This document shows, piece by piece, positions 1 through 13,100 of a stretch of 64,000 nt of DNA (positions within the stretch are counted from its first letter, which is position 1; the number at the start of each line of letters is the position of its first letter). The DNA lies in the NCBI GenBank assembly GCA_030265395.1, contig JARFYF010000112.1, positions 74,041,428 to 74,105,427 on the forward strand. The letters run 5' to 3'. This DNA is from Rhina ancylostomus. Lineage: Eukaryota. Below the pieces are notes generated by a model, which saw only the letters and a program-made list of their open reading frames with translations, searched no databases and had not been told where the DNA came from. A program made the position numbers and the translations under genes.

Positions 1-701
1 TCCTTGCAAGTGACAGGGTGGGAAGAGGTGTAGTCAAGGTAGCTGTGGGAGTCAGTGGGTTTGTAAAAGATGTCAGTGGTTAGTCTGTCTCCGGAGATGG
101 AGATAGAGAGATCCAGAAAGGGGAAAGAGGTGTCAGAGATGGACCATGTAAATTTAAGGGCAGGGTGGAAGTTGGAGGCAAAGTTGATGAAATTGACGAG
201 CTCAGCATGGGTGCAGGAAGCAGCACCAATGCAGTCGTCAATGTAGCGGAGAAAGAGTTGGGGAGTGTTACAGGTGTTGGCTTGGAACATGGACTGTTCC
301 ACATGGCCAATGAAAAGGTAGGCATAGCTGGGGCCCATGGGAGTGCCCGTGGCTATACCTTTGGTTTGGAGAAAGTGGGAGGAGCTAAAAGAGAAGTTGT
401 TGAGGGTGAGCACCAGTTCAGCCAGACGGAAGAGGGTGGTGGTGGAGGGGAACTGGTTGGGTCTGTTGTCCAGAAAGAAGTGGAGAGCCTTGAGGCCTTC
501 CCGATGGAAATGGAAGTGTACAGGGACTGCATGTCCATGGTGAAAATGAGGCAGTCAGGGCTAGGGAACTGAAAGTTGTTGAAGTGATGGAGGGCATACA
601 AAGTGTCACAAATGTAGGTGGAAAGGTACTGGACCAAGGGGGACAAAATGGAGTCAACATATGAGGACACGAGTTCAGTGGGGAAGGAGCAGGCAGAAAC
701 A
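1..701 (-). mobile_element. Penelope-like retrotransposon RT fragment
   Basis: Translates ISSYVDSILSPLVQ, IFTMDMQSLYTSI, KGIATGTPMGPSYAYLFIGHVEQS (PLE RT motifs A/B'); frameshifted. Confidence 0.85.
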
Positions 702-752
702 ATTTTGTGTGTGTTGCTCCAGATTCCAGCTTCTGTTGCTGCAGAACCTCTT

Positions 753-935
753 ACATCTCCATAGATAGAAGGCTCATTTGCATGATGAACCGGGCTGCAT
801 TCACAACTCCCTGCAATTTCTTCTGGTGGAGCAGTTGCCGTACCAAGCTGTGAAGCATCCAGCTGGGATGCTTTCTATGGTACATCTGTAAAAATTGATG
901 AGGGTCATTTGGCATCATTCCAAATTTCCCTAGCC
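753..935 (-). mobile_element. Rex1/Babar-like LINE 3' ORF fragment
   Basis: NFYRCTIESILAGCFTAWYGNC..KKLQGVVNAA; similar to the copy at 61080. Confidence 0.7.
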
Positions 936-1734
936 ATCCAAATGACATTTTCTAGCCATTTCAATGCTGTTTCTCAATGCTATTTTCCAGCACTAATCAC
1001 ATATCCTTTGATAGAATCAAAGTTGGAGTTTGTGGTGGATTTGGAATTTGTGACGTTTCTGGATTGTAAATACACTGAGTATGCAGGGAGAAGGATCAAT
1101 ATCAGCCTGTTGCCTCCTTGGAGTTGTGGGCTTTCAGATGTGATATTAGGCAGGATTTGTATCAACCTGTGCAGAAACATACAAATGATGGCATGTTGCT
1201 ACTTGAAGAAAAGCCGTGATAACAGGGAAAGCTAATTTTGGAGGTAACGCAAAATGAGTTTCGCAATCACTTTTTAAGATGGTGTGGGCTGTAAGCAGCT
1301 TTCCTGGTAATTGTCAAATGGAATTCTGGTAAGCTCATGGTGGATCAGTCAGTAGCTACTCATGGTTTCATACCAGTCCTCTGATGGAAGTCAAAGAGGA
1401 GACTCCAACCACATTTCAATCTTCCTTAAACATGTAAACTAAACTGAGGAAATTCAAGTCTGTTCAAGGGTAAACTGAGGTCAGTTAGTCTAATATCAGG
1501 CACAAGAAACAGTGGATCACGGCTTGGCTTTGGTGCGGGAAGCAGAAGCTGGAATTAAAGAGTAGCCAATCATAGTGGAAGAAGGTGGGCCGAGGTGAAA
1601 GTGTGCTGGCATGTTGTTTGGTAAGAAGGTGGCTGACACAAATCAGTACAAGTGGGTTAAATCACCATTGTTAGCAACACAACAGTCCCTGTAAGAAATT
1701 CAAGTTATTTTCACCCCTAACGGTAGATAATGGA

Positions 1735-2330
1735 TTTCCACAGGGATCAGTGCGGGGATCACCAAAATTCACAACTCACTTAAGCAATTGAGACTCAGGA
1801 ATCAAAACCATGATTTCTAAATTTGGAGATGATACTAATTGCTGTGGAGATAGTCCATACCGAGGAGCACTGCAACAAATTGCAGGAGGACATTAATAAA
1901 TTTGCAGAATGGGGAAATAGTTGGCAAATGAAGTTCAGCACAAAAAAACAGGGGAGTGCTAAGTTTTGGTAGGAAGGATAAACAAAGGAACCTTGGAGTT
2001 CAAATACACCAATCACTAGAAGTTGCACCTGTTAGCAGGCCAATGAAAAGGAAAACTAAACAGAATGGTTTATTTTCAGATGTGTAATTTTCAAAATGCG
2101 GCAAGTTATCCTAAACCTTTTTTGATCTTTGGTTTGGCTACTCTAGAGAATAGTAAAGTCTTGTTGCCATGTATTAAAATGCATATAGAGACACCAGAAA
2201 GGATGCAGAGAAGATGTACAAGGATACCACTAAAAATGTGAGGGAAGCCAAAGCAGGAAGGGATGATTGGACAGGGCCTATTAACAGAGATCTTAAAAAT
2301 TATGAAAGGTTTAGACAAAATGGATTCAGA
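1735..2330 (+). mobile_element. Degraded CR1-type LINE fragment
   Basis: PQGSV, ISKFGDDT, LQEDINKFAEWGNSWQMKF motifs. Confidence 0.75.
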
Positions 2331-3234
2331 GGGAGGGCATCCACTTGTGGAGAACAGCACTACTATATTCTTCATTATACGGAGACACAAGAGACTGCAG
2401 ATGCTGGAAGCTGGAGCAACACACAAAATGCTGGAGGAACTCAGTGGGTGATGCAACCATGATTATAAAAGGTAGGCACCAAAACATCCAGTCAGTAGAG
2501 GAAAAAAAAACTTCATTTAAGGGGAGACTGGAGAGGGAAGGAAAGAGATTGTCACACTGATAGTTTCAAACAAGGGAAGACAGAAGGATGCTCGAATGGA
2601 GCATAAATGCCAGAATGAGTTGTTTGGGTTGAATGCTGTTTCTTTGTTGTATTTTCTAACTAATCCTATGTAACATCTCTTGTGACAAGGTCTTAAGTCC
2701 CAACGATCCTGGGCTTTACAGAGAACCCCATGTGAGCAAGTAGGTTGTAAGAAGCCAATGAGTCCATCTCTATTTCACTGGCCCAAACTCAGAACATTTT
2801 CTGCCGCTGGGCTCCCTCTGAAGTTTTTTCACCAACCCCTCCCTTGTGCTGAATTCAGAGGGAGGGACAAAGCAGAAATACACCAGCTCTACATCATTTG
2901 CCATCCATACAAAGTATGTTAGTGAGATACAAATGTACAATTGTGTCCATGTGTAATTCCTACAAAATGAGGAGGTTAACAAACTTACTGCCTTTCATAC
3001 AGCAGCATATGAGCAGTGCAATTTTTTTTTCAAATATCAAACAGCACAACCTTTTACACACATACATAAATGTTCCAGCAGGAATCTTTAGATCTAAAAC
3101 TTTGGCTGATATCTCATGGCAGACATCACCTGAAACCACCCTCCGGACATCATCTAGCTCCAATTGGATCAAAATACCAAAATATTGCAACACCAGGAAC
3201 CTCCAGCACAGTGAACACAAAGATCTGAGACTTT

Positions 3235-6200
3235 AAATCTGAAGCAAGATTTATTAAAATGATCTGTACATTTCTGAGCAGATTGTTGAGAAAAATATAT
3301 ATTTTTAATATACGACAATATAAAAAACTTCCCATACAAATATTTCTCATTAGGTGCACATATTTTGCAGGAATACAACATATGTACAGTTGGCAACAAA
3401 ACTCATATGTTTAAATACCTGAGATCAGACGTATTCTCAATATTAAATAGAATCTCTGCCATTAGAAGTTCTTAAGACATTCCATTCCCTGAATACTCTC
3501 TCACACATACTTCTGACCAATACAGTACTCCACTAGCTTCAATATTTATAAAGCAGAACATACATGAACTCTCAGCAAAAGCATTCCTTATGTCCATTTC
3601 TTTCCCTAGATGAGAATACAAATACTGTACTAATGCTGGTATTACACAAACTGTGTGCGGTCTCTGCATTGTTTCCATCTGTTAACTGCAATAAACAAAA
3701 TATCACGGAAACTGCACTTGTGACTTCTCACTACACGATCCCAGCTCTCTGCTGAGAACACAGTTCTGTAGAGTTCAGTCATGGAATGCCAGCAAAATGA
3801 AAAAACAACTTGCCATTGTCCTTTTTACATAATGCCCTTTGCATTTCTTCATTTTATGAAGAGTGGTTGGTAACTTCAGAGTGCAAAAAAGGGGCTGGGG
3901 CTGAAAAAAGCCATTGTGAGACCCAACATATCATGAAATATGTATGCCAGGCACATGATCACTCAAAGTCATCTGCATAAATAGTTTCTAAAATCATTCA
4001 ATCAAAACTCCAGAACATCTTACCATACTTCTTTGATAGCTGCCTTCCTTTGCCTGACATTTCCATAATTATAGCATTTTGAAATTCATTGCCACATTAC
4101 TTCACATTTGTTTAATGCTAACTTAAATGCCGATTCACAGGATGAAGACATTTACTTTGAGAGAAGGTTCAGAGCTTATCAGGAGGCTAAAAGTAAATTT
4201 TTTACATTATCACAGTTTCTCATTCATAGAAATAGCTCTTGCGCCTGTTGCATCTCTAATGTTCTGGGATTGTAAACTTACAAACCCATCCTCCCCCTTC
4301 GAGCCTCCTTTAAATAGTTGGCCTCTCTTTTACTTTGAACCAATTAATTTATCTTCATTGTACTTAAAAGTTCAACTTATCTTTCCTGAGGTCTTTTTGA
4401 TCATCTTCTGGCTCTTAGATGCAAGTTAAGAACAAATAAGCTTGGGAACTGCAATAAAGATCTATCAGTCAAGCTCACACTTCTTGTCATTTTGTAACCC
4501 GAGGGCCAAGCCAAGGATTTGAACCTGGAGCAAATGCACTTGAAGTGAGGGGCAAGTCCAGTGTCTCAATTAACTTGACAAACTATTTTGGCTCTGAACA
4601 GCTGGATGAGTCTTGGTTTAATTGAATTGAACTGAAAGTAAAATTTCCAGGTGCTGAAAGGACCAGAGGGGCAATCACTGAGGGTAATTATAATGTTTTG
4701 TAATTGCCGCCTCATTGAAAGTGATCTCTGCTCAGCAGGATCATAGCCAATCAACACGAGTTGCTCTGTCTCAAACCAGTGCAAAGCTGTTAATACAATG
4801 AAAGCAAGGGCACATGATACCCAAAGATGGCAGAATTAACAGGAGTCCATTATGTGTCTTCAATCTCTGCTCTCAAGTCTTCTGCAACTGAATTTTAATT
4901 TAAGCTCCTCACAAAAAGACAAGCATTTCAAATTCAATCCCTCTAAGGACTGTGTCTCAGCCTATATCAGCTTGAATATTAGGTTAAACCAAGGAAAAAT
5001 GCCTCAGTAATTGATTTGTGAAAGAAACATGAAAATTAAATGTGAAGGCAATGCAAGAGAAATAAAATTTCATTGGGGTGGGGAGGGAGCATATTTTCTT
5101 CATTATCTGATAATTGAAATGCAGATGATAAGCCCTTCAAGCACTCAAGTAGCAAATCTTGTCTAGTCCTCAAAAAAAGGTAGCATTATAATATTTATTG
5201 CAAAAGATCGAACCTTTCAGGGTTCACATAGGAATCACCCTCCTGCTTGAGGTGTTGTCACAGCCAGGCCAGAGCAACATGGAACAAACCATTTACAACA
5301 CTGAACTAAATCAGTGGTAAAAATAACTAGAAGTATTTTCAGGGTGTTTGGAATGGTAGGATTAGAAATCCACTTCAAAATTCCACTCCTCCAGTCATAA
5401 TGAAATTTAAAACAAAACAGCAAAATAAATATCTAGAACAGGATAAGTAGTGGCAACAGGAAAATGTCACTGTATTTTGCTATTGGGATTGTGAGACAAC
5501 AAAACCACACCTCTGTGGCTTGCATTAAGATATGGGGTGGGTTGGTCCACCCAAGACTAGCTGAAATAAACAAACTGTTAAAAGTAACTAAGATGACAAA
5601 TTTAAAAAGTTAAATCAAAGTAGTAAAATGTAATGAAATGTCAAAGTTCTATCAATGCTCTTCCTTTATGGAAGACATCCAAAAGTAGAGGGATCAGGAT
5701 TATTTCAAGTCCTGAGGAAAAGTTCTAAAGGACCTTCTATTTTCACTGGAGAATGAAGGCTCCAATAGTTTTAGGTAATCAAAAAGCTTAGACAAGCTAT
5801 TTACCTCCATCTAGTAGGATGGAGGTGGAGTCTATGCAGAGACCCAAGAGGGAAGGGGTCTTTGAATTTTCCTTAGTGTTTGGCTTCAGAACTGCAAGGA
5901 CCTAGAGTTTCATTTGCCTGTTCCATACAGAGTAATAGTATAACCAATGTACAGAAAGAACAGGAAAAGGGAGACAAATACATGAACATATTTTGTACAT
6001 TTAGAAGTACACAATACCTGATACCCTATGTTAAGGTACCATGTCTGGAAAGGTTAAGATAAAATATTCGTGCAGCATTCCACAGAAATGGTAAAATCTT
6101 ATAAGCTTGAGGTTAAAAATAACCTCAAATAGTTTAAACAGCCAGATTTACTACAGAGAACAGCTTGTGTCACTTCAAATGGTATACGTCCACAATAAAT

Positions 6201-7036
6201 GCTCTAAACACATGACTCCACTTCAGTTAAGCAACTTTTCACATCGGCCACATCAGACTCTAGCCAACATTTCCCCACATACACAGTTAAAAAAAACTCC
6301 TGGACATTAAATTCTATATCCCCCTTGCACTTCCTTTTTTCCATTGTTTGACAGCCTCAACTCCATTTCAAGCCATTTCCTTTCATTTATATTTTTTACC
6401 AGCCGAATATGTTGCAAGCTACATCACTGTTGGCAGATTTACAACAATTCATACCAAACCAAGTCTGATAACAAAGTTAAAACAACTTTGAGTTCAAATT
6501 AAGATGCTTGTCTTCTTTGTTCCAAATGCATGGGTGCAAGAATTGTCAGCCAATAAGGGGTGGCAGCTACAGGAACAGACAAAATTCAACAAAGACACTG
6601 CACAGAAAAACAGTCTCTTCTTCCAGGGATGTCACCATCCCAACTATCATGTTAGGTTTATACTATAATCATTAAAAGGTCGAGGAGGATTTCAAAGATG
6701 GTGGTTGGAGCCAGAATACTCGATATCTGAAATAAACAGTTGGAAATTATTGTAAGAAATGGGTTGGAGGGCCACCTTCTTCTGAACCTGTGTTGCAACT
6801 TGTCTAGCTGGTATAGGTAGAAGACCAGTCACCAATCAATGACAGCTGCCACAATGCACACTCAAATAAACCATCTTTCTTCCATCTGAAGTGTCAGTTC
6901 ACTTCAGCAAAAACCATAATGATAATGACTAAATCNNNNNNNNNNNNNNNNNNNNNNNNNNNNNNNNNNNNNNNNNNNNNNNNNNNNNNNNNNNNNNNNN
7001 NNNNNNNNNNNNNNNNNNNNNNNNNNNNNNNNNNNC
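3235..7036 (-). other. Probable STARD8 3'UTR (~3.8 kb, interrupted by gap 6936-7035)
   Basis: Repeat-poor AT-rich stretch downstream of the stop; minus-strand AATAAA at 3250-3255 preceded by U-rich sequence and TGTACATA. Confidence 0.55.
3250..3255 (-). terminator. Putative polyadenylation signal AATAAA
   Basis: Minus strand reads TGTACAGATCATTTTAATAAATCTTG; typical 3'-end composition. Confidence 0.5.
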
Positions 7037-7133
7037 TTATGGATTTGATGGCAGGAAGGAGTCCCGTATCCTAGCAACCTCTACAGCACAAAGATATCCT
7101 GAGACCTTGTTGTACCATTCAGGAGTCCTGCCC
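7037..7133 (-). CDS. STARD8: STARD8 terminal coding exon (GRTPEWYNKVSGYLCAVEVARIRDSFLPSNP*)
   Basis: ttttccag|G; TAA at 7037-7039, 1 nt from a 100-N gap. Confidence 0.9.
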
Positions 7134-10100
7134 CTGGAAAATAAATAGGAAAGAAGAATGCAAGAAAGGTTGAGAACAAGAAAAGGCTATTAGTCCCCTC
7201 AAAGTCCATCCCATTGGTACCTTAATTTTCCCATTATATCATGTCCATCTACATTTCAAATACATCCCTAATGTTTCTCCCACTACAACTCCAATCCATA
7301 GTTTATTCTAAGCAGCCAGTAAGCTCCAGGTAAAATAATCCTTGTAAAAGCGGTTTTGAAATTAGCTGCCACTAGTTTATGTCTTCTAGATCTGATTTAT
7401 GTGGGAGCAATATTCGACAGTACTAATATTTTGTAAGGAATACTACTTGTTCTTTTTCTCCAGGATATTTGCACAGATATTCCACTGCAGTCATGATTGA
7501 AAATCAGGAGAATTTCAATCCCAAAATATTAGGAATGACAAGGACAGCTCTAGATAGCAATCGAACATCACATATTTTGTAGAGCAATCATGACCCAAAG
7601 GTACGGTGAACATTTCACAAACTATTTCAGTTGCATTTACTTGGCACCATTATGGCTAAACAAGTTATCAATCATTTGTAGATTTATACAATTCAGATTT
7701 GGACATCAGAAGACATATTGGATGATGGGCATCAGGTCCCATTTGAATCAATAAAGATCTACCACGAAATGAGTCTCTGGCACCTAAGCAGAGTAAAAAC
7801 ATTGCTCTGCAGGAGAAGGGGTAGGTGTGCTAAGACTGGGTTTCAGACAAGTACAAGTAGTTTTATTTATCTTCTAATGCTGTACTTGGCCAGAAGCTGT
7901 CAATCTGAAGGCAATACTCCTCATGTTAATGAGGAAAACAATCCAAATGAGAAGAAATTTTTGTAAAACATGCAACATTGTTACCTAACTCAGGGACAGA
8001 CCTCACACAGACTGCTCATCATTCTTTGATATGCAAGGCAATCCCAAAATATTACTTTATCAAGTAACCTAGATGAGAACTCCTGAAACTTTGCCAACAA
8101 TGGTTCTGATTGATAGGTGACCTCAGTGCCTAAAACCACCATCCCATGTGTTCACTTTCCTGTAGTTCATGCAGACAAAGGAAGAGAAAGAATGTAACAC
8201 ATACCTTAGGTCAGTTCGGGAGATGTATGTGAGCCGGGATCTACCTGAACCGCAAGGCTCAACCAAGTACTGTGAGTTTAGTACTACTGCTCTTACACCT
8301 CCCTCCAAGTGCACTGAGTCATGTTCAATAGAGACTGCTACCAGAATGCATAAGTCCTTTAGCAAATCAGCTCGCCAGGTCCTGAAACAGAAGCAAACAA
8401 TTAAAATGTAGTGGATTGGGAACTGGATATTTAATCCAAGATAATCAGTTCAATTTAATAAAATGAAAGCATCCTCTGCTCACTGACAGCAAGGGACCAT
8501 ATGAATTAAATTTGATGCCATTTTAGTTCTGTTCTTATTTGGAATCTGGCCTTAACACAAAAATCATATAGCTGGTGAATACCTTTAGTCAAACAGTGAG
8601 GCACGTTGTACTTGGACATGAAATATTTGTGGACAAGGCAACATCAGTAGAATCAGTACTTAACAAGTACTTAGATAAATAGTTGTTATGGTGTAAATAA
8701 TCAGGATACAGGCTAGATACAGGAAGTGGAATTAGACTAAAGACCTCTCTACAGGGCAGCTTCTCTGATTCTGACATTGTTAGAAAAGCAGGTTTGCACT
8801 TCAGTTTTTTTATTGTACATGATCAGTGCAGAGATGATTGGAATGTTCCAAAGTATGTTTTCAAGTTTTCTGCCATGCTGGGAGTTCGATAAATTGCTCC
8901 AAATGGCTTCTGATTTATAATGTCTTGATTTTGATTATTTTGTAGATTTATATATTTCCTCTATGATAATCAATAAGGTGCCAAAGGATATTAAATAGGA
9001 TTATAACAAATGAGAATGGGGTAAAATACTGACATGAATTGACAACTGAGTACAGAAGCAAAAAGAAAGAACAAATGGGTCATTTTCAGTTGAGAAACTA
9101 TGATTAGTGGTGTATCACAGGGATCAGTGTAGGGTTCTAGCTGTACATAATCCATATCAATGATTTGGAGATATTAAACTTGCTCCCCTTATTCAAGTTT
9201 GCTGAGTTTGCAAAACTTGGTGGCAGAGTGATTTCTGAGGTAAACACAAAGACTTCAGGGGGACATCAACAGGCTACCCAAATGGCTGAGGACATGGCAC
9301 ACAGCATATAATGTGAAAAGTAAGATGAACCACTTCGGTAGAGGAAAAGATAGAAAAGCACAGTATTATTAAATGGTGCAAGATTGAAAGTTGTTGGTGT
9401 CAGTGGCAAGTGAGTATCCTCATACATAAATCACTAAAAAACATCTAAGAACAGCAAGCAATTAGGAAGGTTAAAGACATGTTGGCCTTTAACACAAGTG
9501 TAAGGATATCATTCAGAAATTACACAAGGCATTGGTTAAAGTGCACCTGGAAAATTGTATGTGGGTCTGGACTCCTTTTAAAAAAAAGGATACACTTCCA
9601 ATAGGAGTGCCACAAGGTTTCTTCAGATTGATTCCTAGCATGGGGTGGTTAGTTCTATGAGGAGAAGTTAAGTAGACAGGGTCTTTGCTGTCATTTTAGG
9701 TGATATTGAAGTGTATACAATGCTTACAGTTTTTGACAGGTTTTATGCAGAGATTATTTTCTCCCCCTAGTTGGGATTTAGAATCAAGGGTCAAAATCAG
9801 AGGTCAGTTATTCAGGTCTGAGTTGAGAAAAGTCTTTACTCAGAGGCTAATGAATGCTATTTAATGAGGTTCAGTCACTGAGTATATTCAGGAGAGGGAT
9901 TGCTGGATTTTTGGAATCAAAGAATGTGAAATAATGAATTCAAAAATTTCAGATAACCTGTCTTTCCTGTTTGTTTCAGAATTGGTCTGTCTGATGTAAA
10001 ATCACCATCTCTAAAAGTAACTCTGCTTTTCTCTCTTCACTGATGCAACTGAGTACTTCCAGTGTTCTCTTTTACTTCAGATTTCAACTAACTGCTGTGC

Positions 10101-13100
10101 TATGCACCTTCCAGTTCCATTCTGTCCTCACCATCTCCCTGTAGTTACAGCTTCTCCAGACAGACCAGAAGTGATTAAAAAGCATTTGTCACCTTCTCTT
10201 AGAAAACACCAAACCATCACAGTGCTGAGCAAAGAGCAAGCTCACAGAGAACCCAAATGCAGCACACTGGTACAGGACTGGAGTCAGGATACTCCCTCGG
10301 GACAAAACACCAGCAGCAACTGGAAAGAATCTTGCCACAGAGTTCTGATTAGGAATCCCAAGACAAACTGAATCTTCAAACAGGGACAGAGAACACAGGA
10401 CTGCTCTAGAGTAGAGCACTCTAAACAGCCAGAGTATACCCAAAGGTTGACCAATACTCTGGCAACTAGTGCTAGAGAAACCCAGGTACTTATGCTAGAC
10501 CCCTGATGGGGCTCAGGCATGTATCATTATGCAACCAGTCCAGCATGGAATCCATGTGCTGTACAACAGGGCATCTAAGGAGCCAAATCAAGGGCCAGTA
10601 CTCAGAACCATGACACAAACAGCATGTGTATTACCTGCATTCCCTTGGTCTCATTCCCTTAGTTTTCTCTACCTCTTTCCCCCTTCCTGCAATTTAAAAC
10701 AAGCTTGTTTTCTCACTTTTCCAGTTCTGATGGAAGGTCACTGATCTTTACTTCTCTCTCCACACTTGCTGCCTGACTGCTGAGAGTACCTTCACTGTTT
10801 TCTGTTTTTATTTCAGGATTCTCAATATCAGTAATTTTTTTTTGCTTTTTAAGGGTTGTCAACATGTTTCTAGGTTATGAAAAATTTCAATTACATCACA
10901 GTAAAAAATGTTATGTGAATGAAAATCAACTTAAGCTAGAGTAAAATTATGTAATAGCTTACCAAGAGAATACTGAACAGAGTAAACCATTCATATAGCC
11001 TGAAGCCCAAATCTAATCACTCATACTCAGAAAAGGACATATAAACACAAACTGTACAAACTGCTTTTTCTTGCTGTGGCATGCATTGCAAATTACTCAT
11101 TACCACAAAATGGAACTGCTCAATCGTCGTCTTCAGCCATTTCCTGTGGCATGTTGAGCGTAAGTGAAATCAATCCTACACATCTGCTTTCAGGAAGTAA
11201 TGACTACCAGTCTAAACACTTCAGTTTGTTTTACACAATGTTTCAATTAAAGTTATCCTTAATTATTATATACAGTCTTCAGATGAGGATTCTTCATCAA
11301 TCACAAGATTCCTCAATTTGGTCAACCATAAATCAGGAGTGAAATCCAATTGCAATGAAACACACTATTTGGGGTATATAAAATTGCAATTTGCCAATGC
11401 ATTAACTGGCCATACCTCAGAACAACAAAGTCTCTCCTGGGATGTGGTGCCATGCTGTCCAGAACATAATGGCAGATATCGGTATTTTTGTCCAACTGTT
11501 CCACGATTTTTCCCATCAACACATCATCATCCCAGAGATGTCGCTCTCGGAGCAGACGGTTTAACACCAAGTTTGGGGGTGCTTCTATTTCAGTTGTTAC
11601 CTTCCACAAACGAATGGGATATCCATCACCAACCTACCAGAACAAGGAAAAGCAGATAAATGTTATGGTCACTGTACTGCTATTACAAATAACCCCTCAA
11701 ACAAAAGGCATTAATCACATCAGTGATCAGAGAATATCACTGCAATGTGCTGTTACACAAAACAAATTTGGATTTAATCAGATTCAATCTTCTCTAATTT
11801 CCTTTTCTCAAAATTTGACTAAGGCTGTTCTCTAAAGAGGTCTAGATTGTGAGACATGTCTGTTCACTTCTGGCAAAATTGCTCTTCAAATGGAGGACCA
11901 GTATCCCCAAAACATGATAATTAATTATTATGAAACAAGTTAAATGAAATACCTTTGCAGATTGTGATCATCATGTTTAAGGAATTTCCTGGATCTTCCC
12001 CATTTGCAAACTAGTAATTGCACCTCTTGGGTAATTCTATGTTTATTTCACTTTCCATCCCATTAAACTTATCAAGAATCTCCACTACACTACCCTAAGA
12101 GATGTGGAACATTTTTCTCTGATGCACTCATACGTAAGTATATAAGGGCACCAGACAGAAGACATCAATCACATAACTTAGGCAATTAGCAGTTTTCTTC
12201 CAATGTCTGAAGATAAGCACCAATAATCACATAACTGCAGTGTCAATGATTCTCACCCTTAGTCTATAGCAGTGGTACAGCAATCAAAATCAATCAGTTG
12301 AGTAACATTAATTAAGTAATGGGTAGGTTATATCAATAAATGTCCATGATGCATCATTACCTAGTCCTGTTAAAAGATGCCCCTGTCACAGAAGCAAGGT
12401 ACAAGTATTTTGTTGCTCTCTTCCTCAGCATAAAAATTGGGCCTCTTTAAACTTCAGTTTATGGACTTGCCTGTAGAGTTATGTAGAATTACTAAAAATT
12501 GATTCCACTTTTTAAATAAACCTGAGTTATATTAAGTAGATAAAGCTATAATGTAATCTTTTGTAATATATTTAACAGAAGTGTCATATTTAAATAGAAC
12601 ATCAGAGATTACTATTGTGTTTTACCTCATGTATACTTATTGCAGAGTGTTTATATAAATTCAAGAAGCTACTGTTACTAATATGTTGCTGCTCAAGCAA
12701 TTTTGGATTTTAATTGCATTCAATCTTCGCCACCATCATTCATCCATCTATTGCCTATGTGCTCCTTCAGCAGACAGGGTCTGCACAGGAAGAGATTCTC
12801 TTCAAAAGAGGTCTTGATTGTGAGACTAACTTTTAGACCTTTATTGAAACTCCTCTTCAAGATGGGATAAATTTCCCGAAAGCATGATGAGTAATCATTA
12901 TTGAGTAGCTTGGGGATTAGAAATGTTGTGGATATGTGGAAATGGGATAGTTCTGCTTGGTTGAAGTCCTGNNNNNNNNNNNNNNNNNNNNNNNNNNNNN
13001 NNNNNNNNNNNNNAAGAGACTGCTCTTTTTAGAATTAAGTATCTGAAGACAATTTTGCTTTGTTATGGTCAATGATTTTGTCTGAGTTGCACACTCGGAA

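Noticed and set aside
165-572. 135-aa plus-strand ORF
   Set aside because: Antisense reading of the Penelope RT fragment
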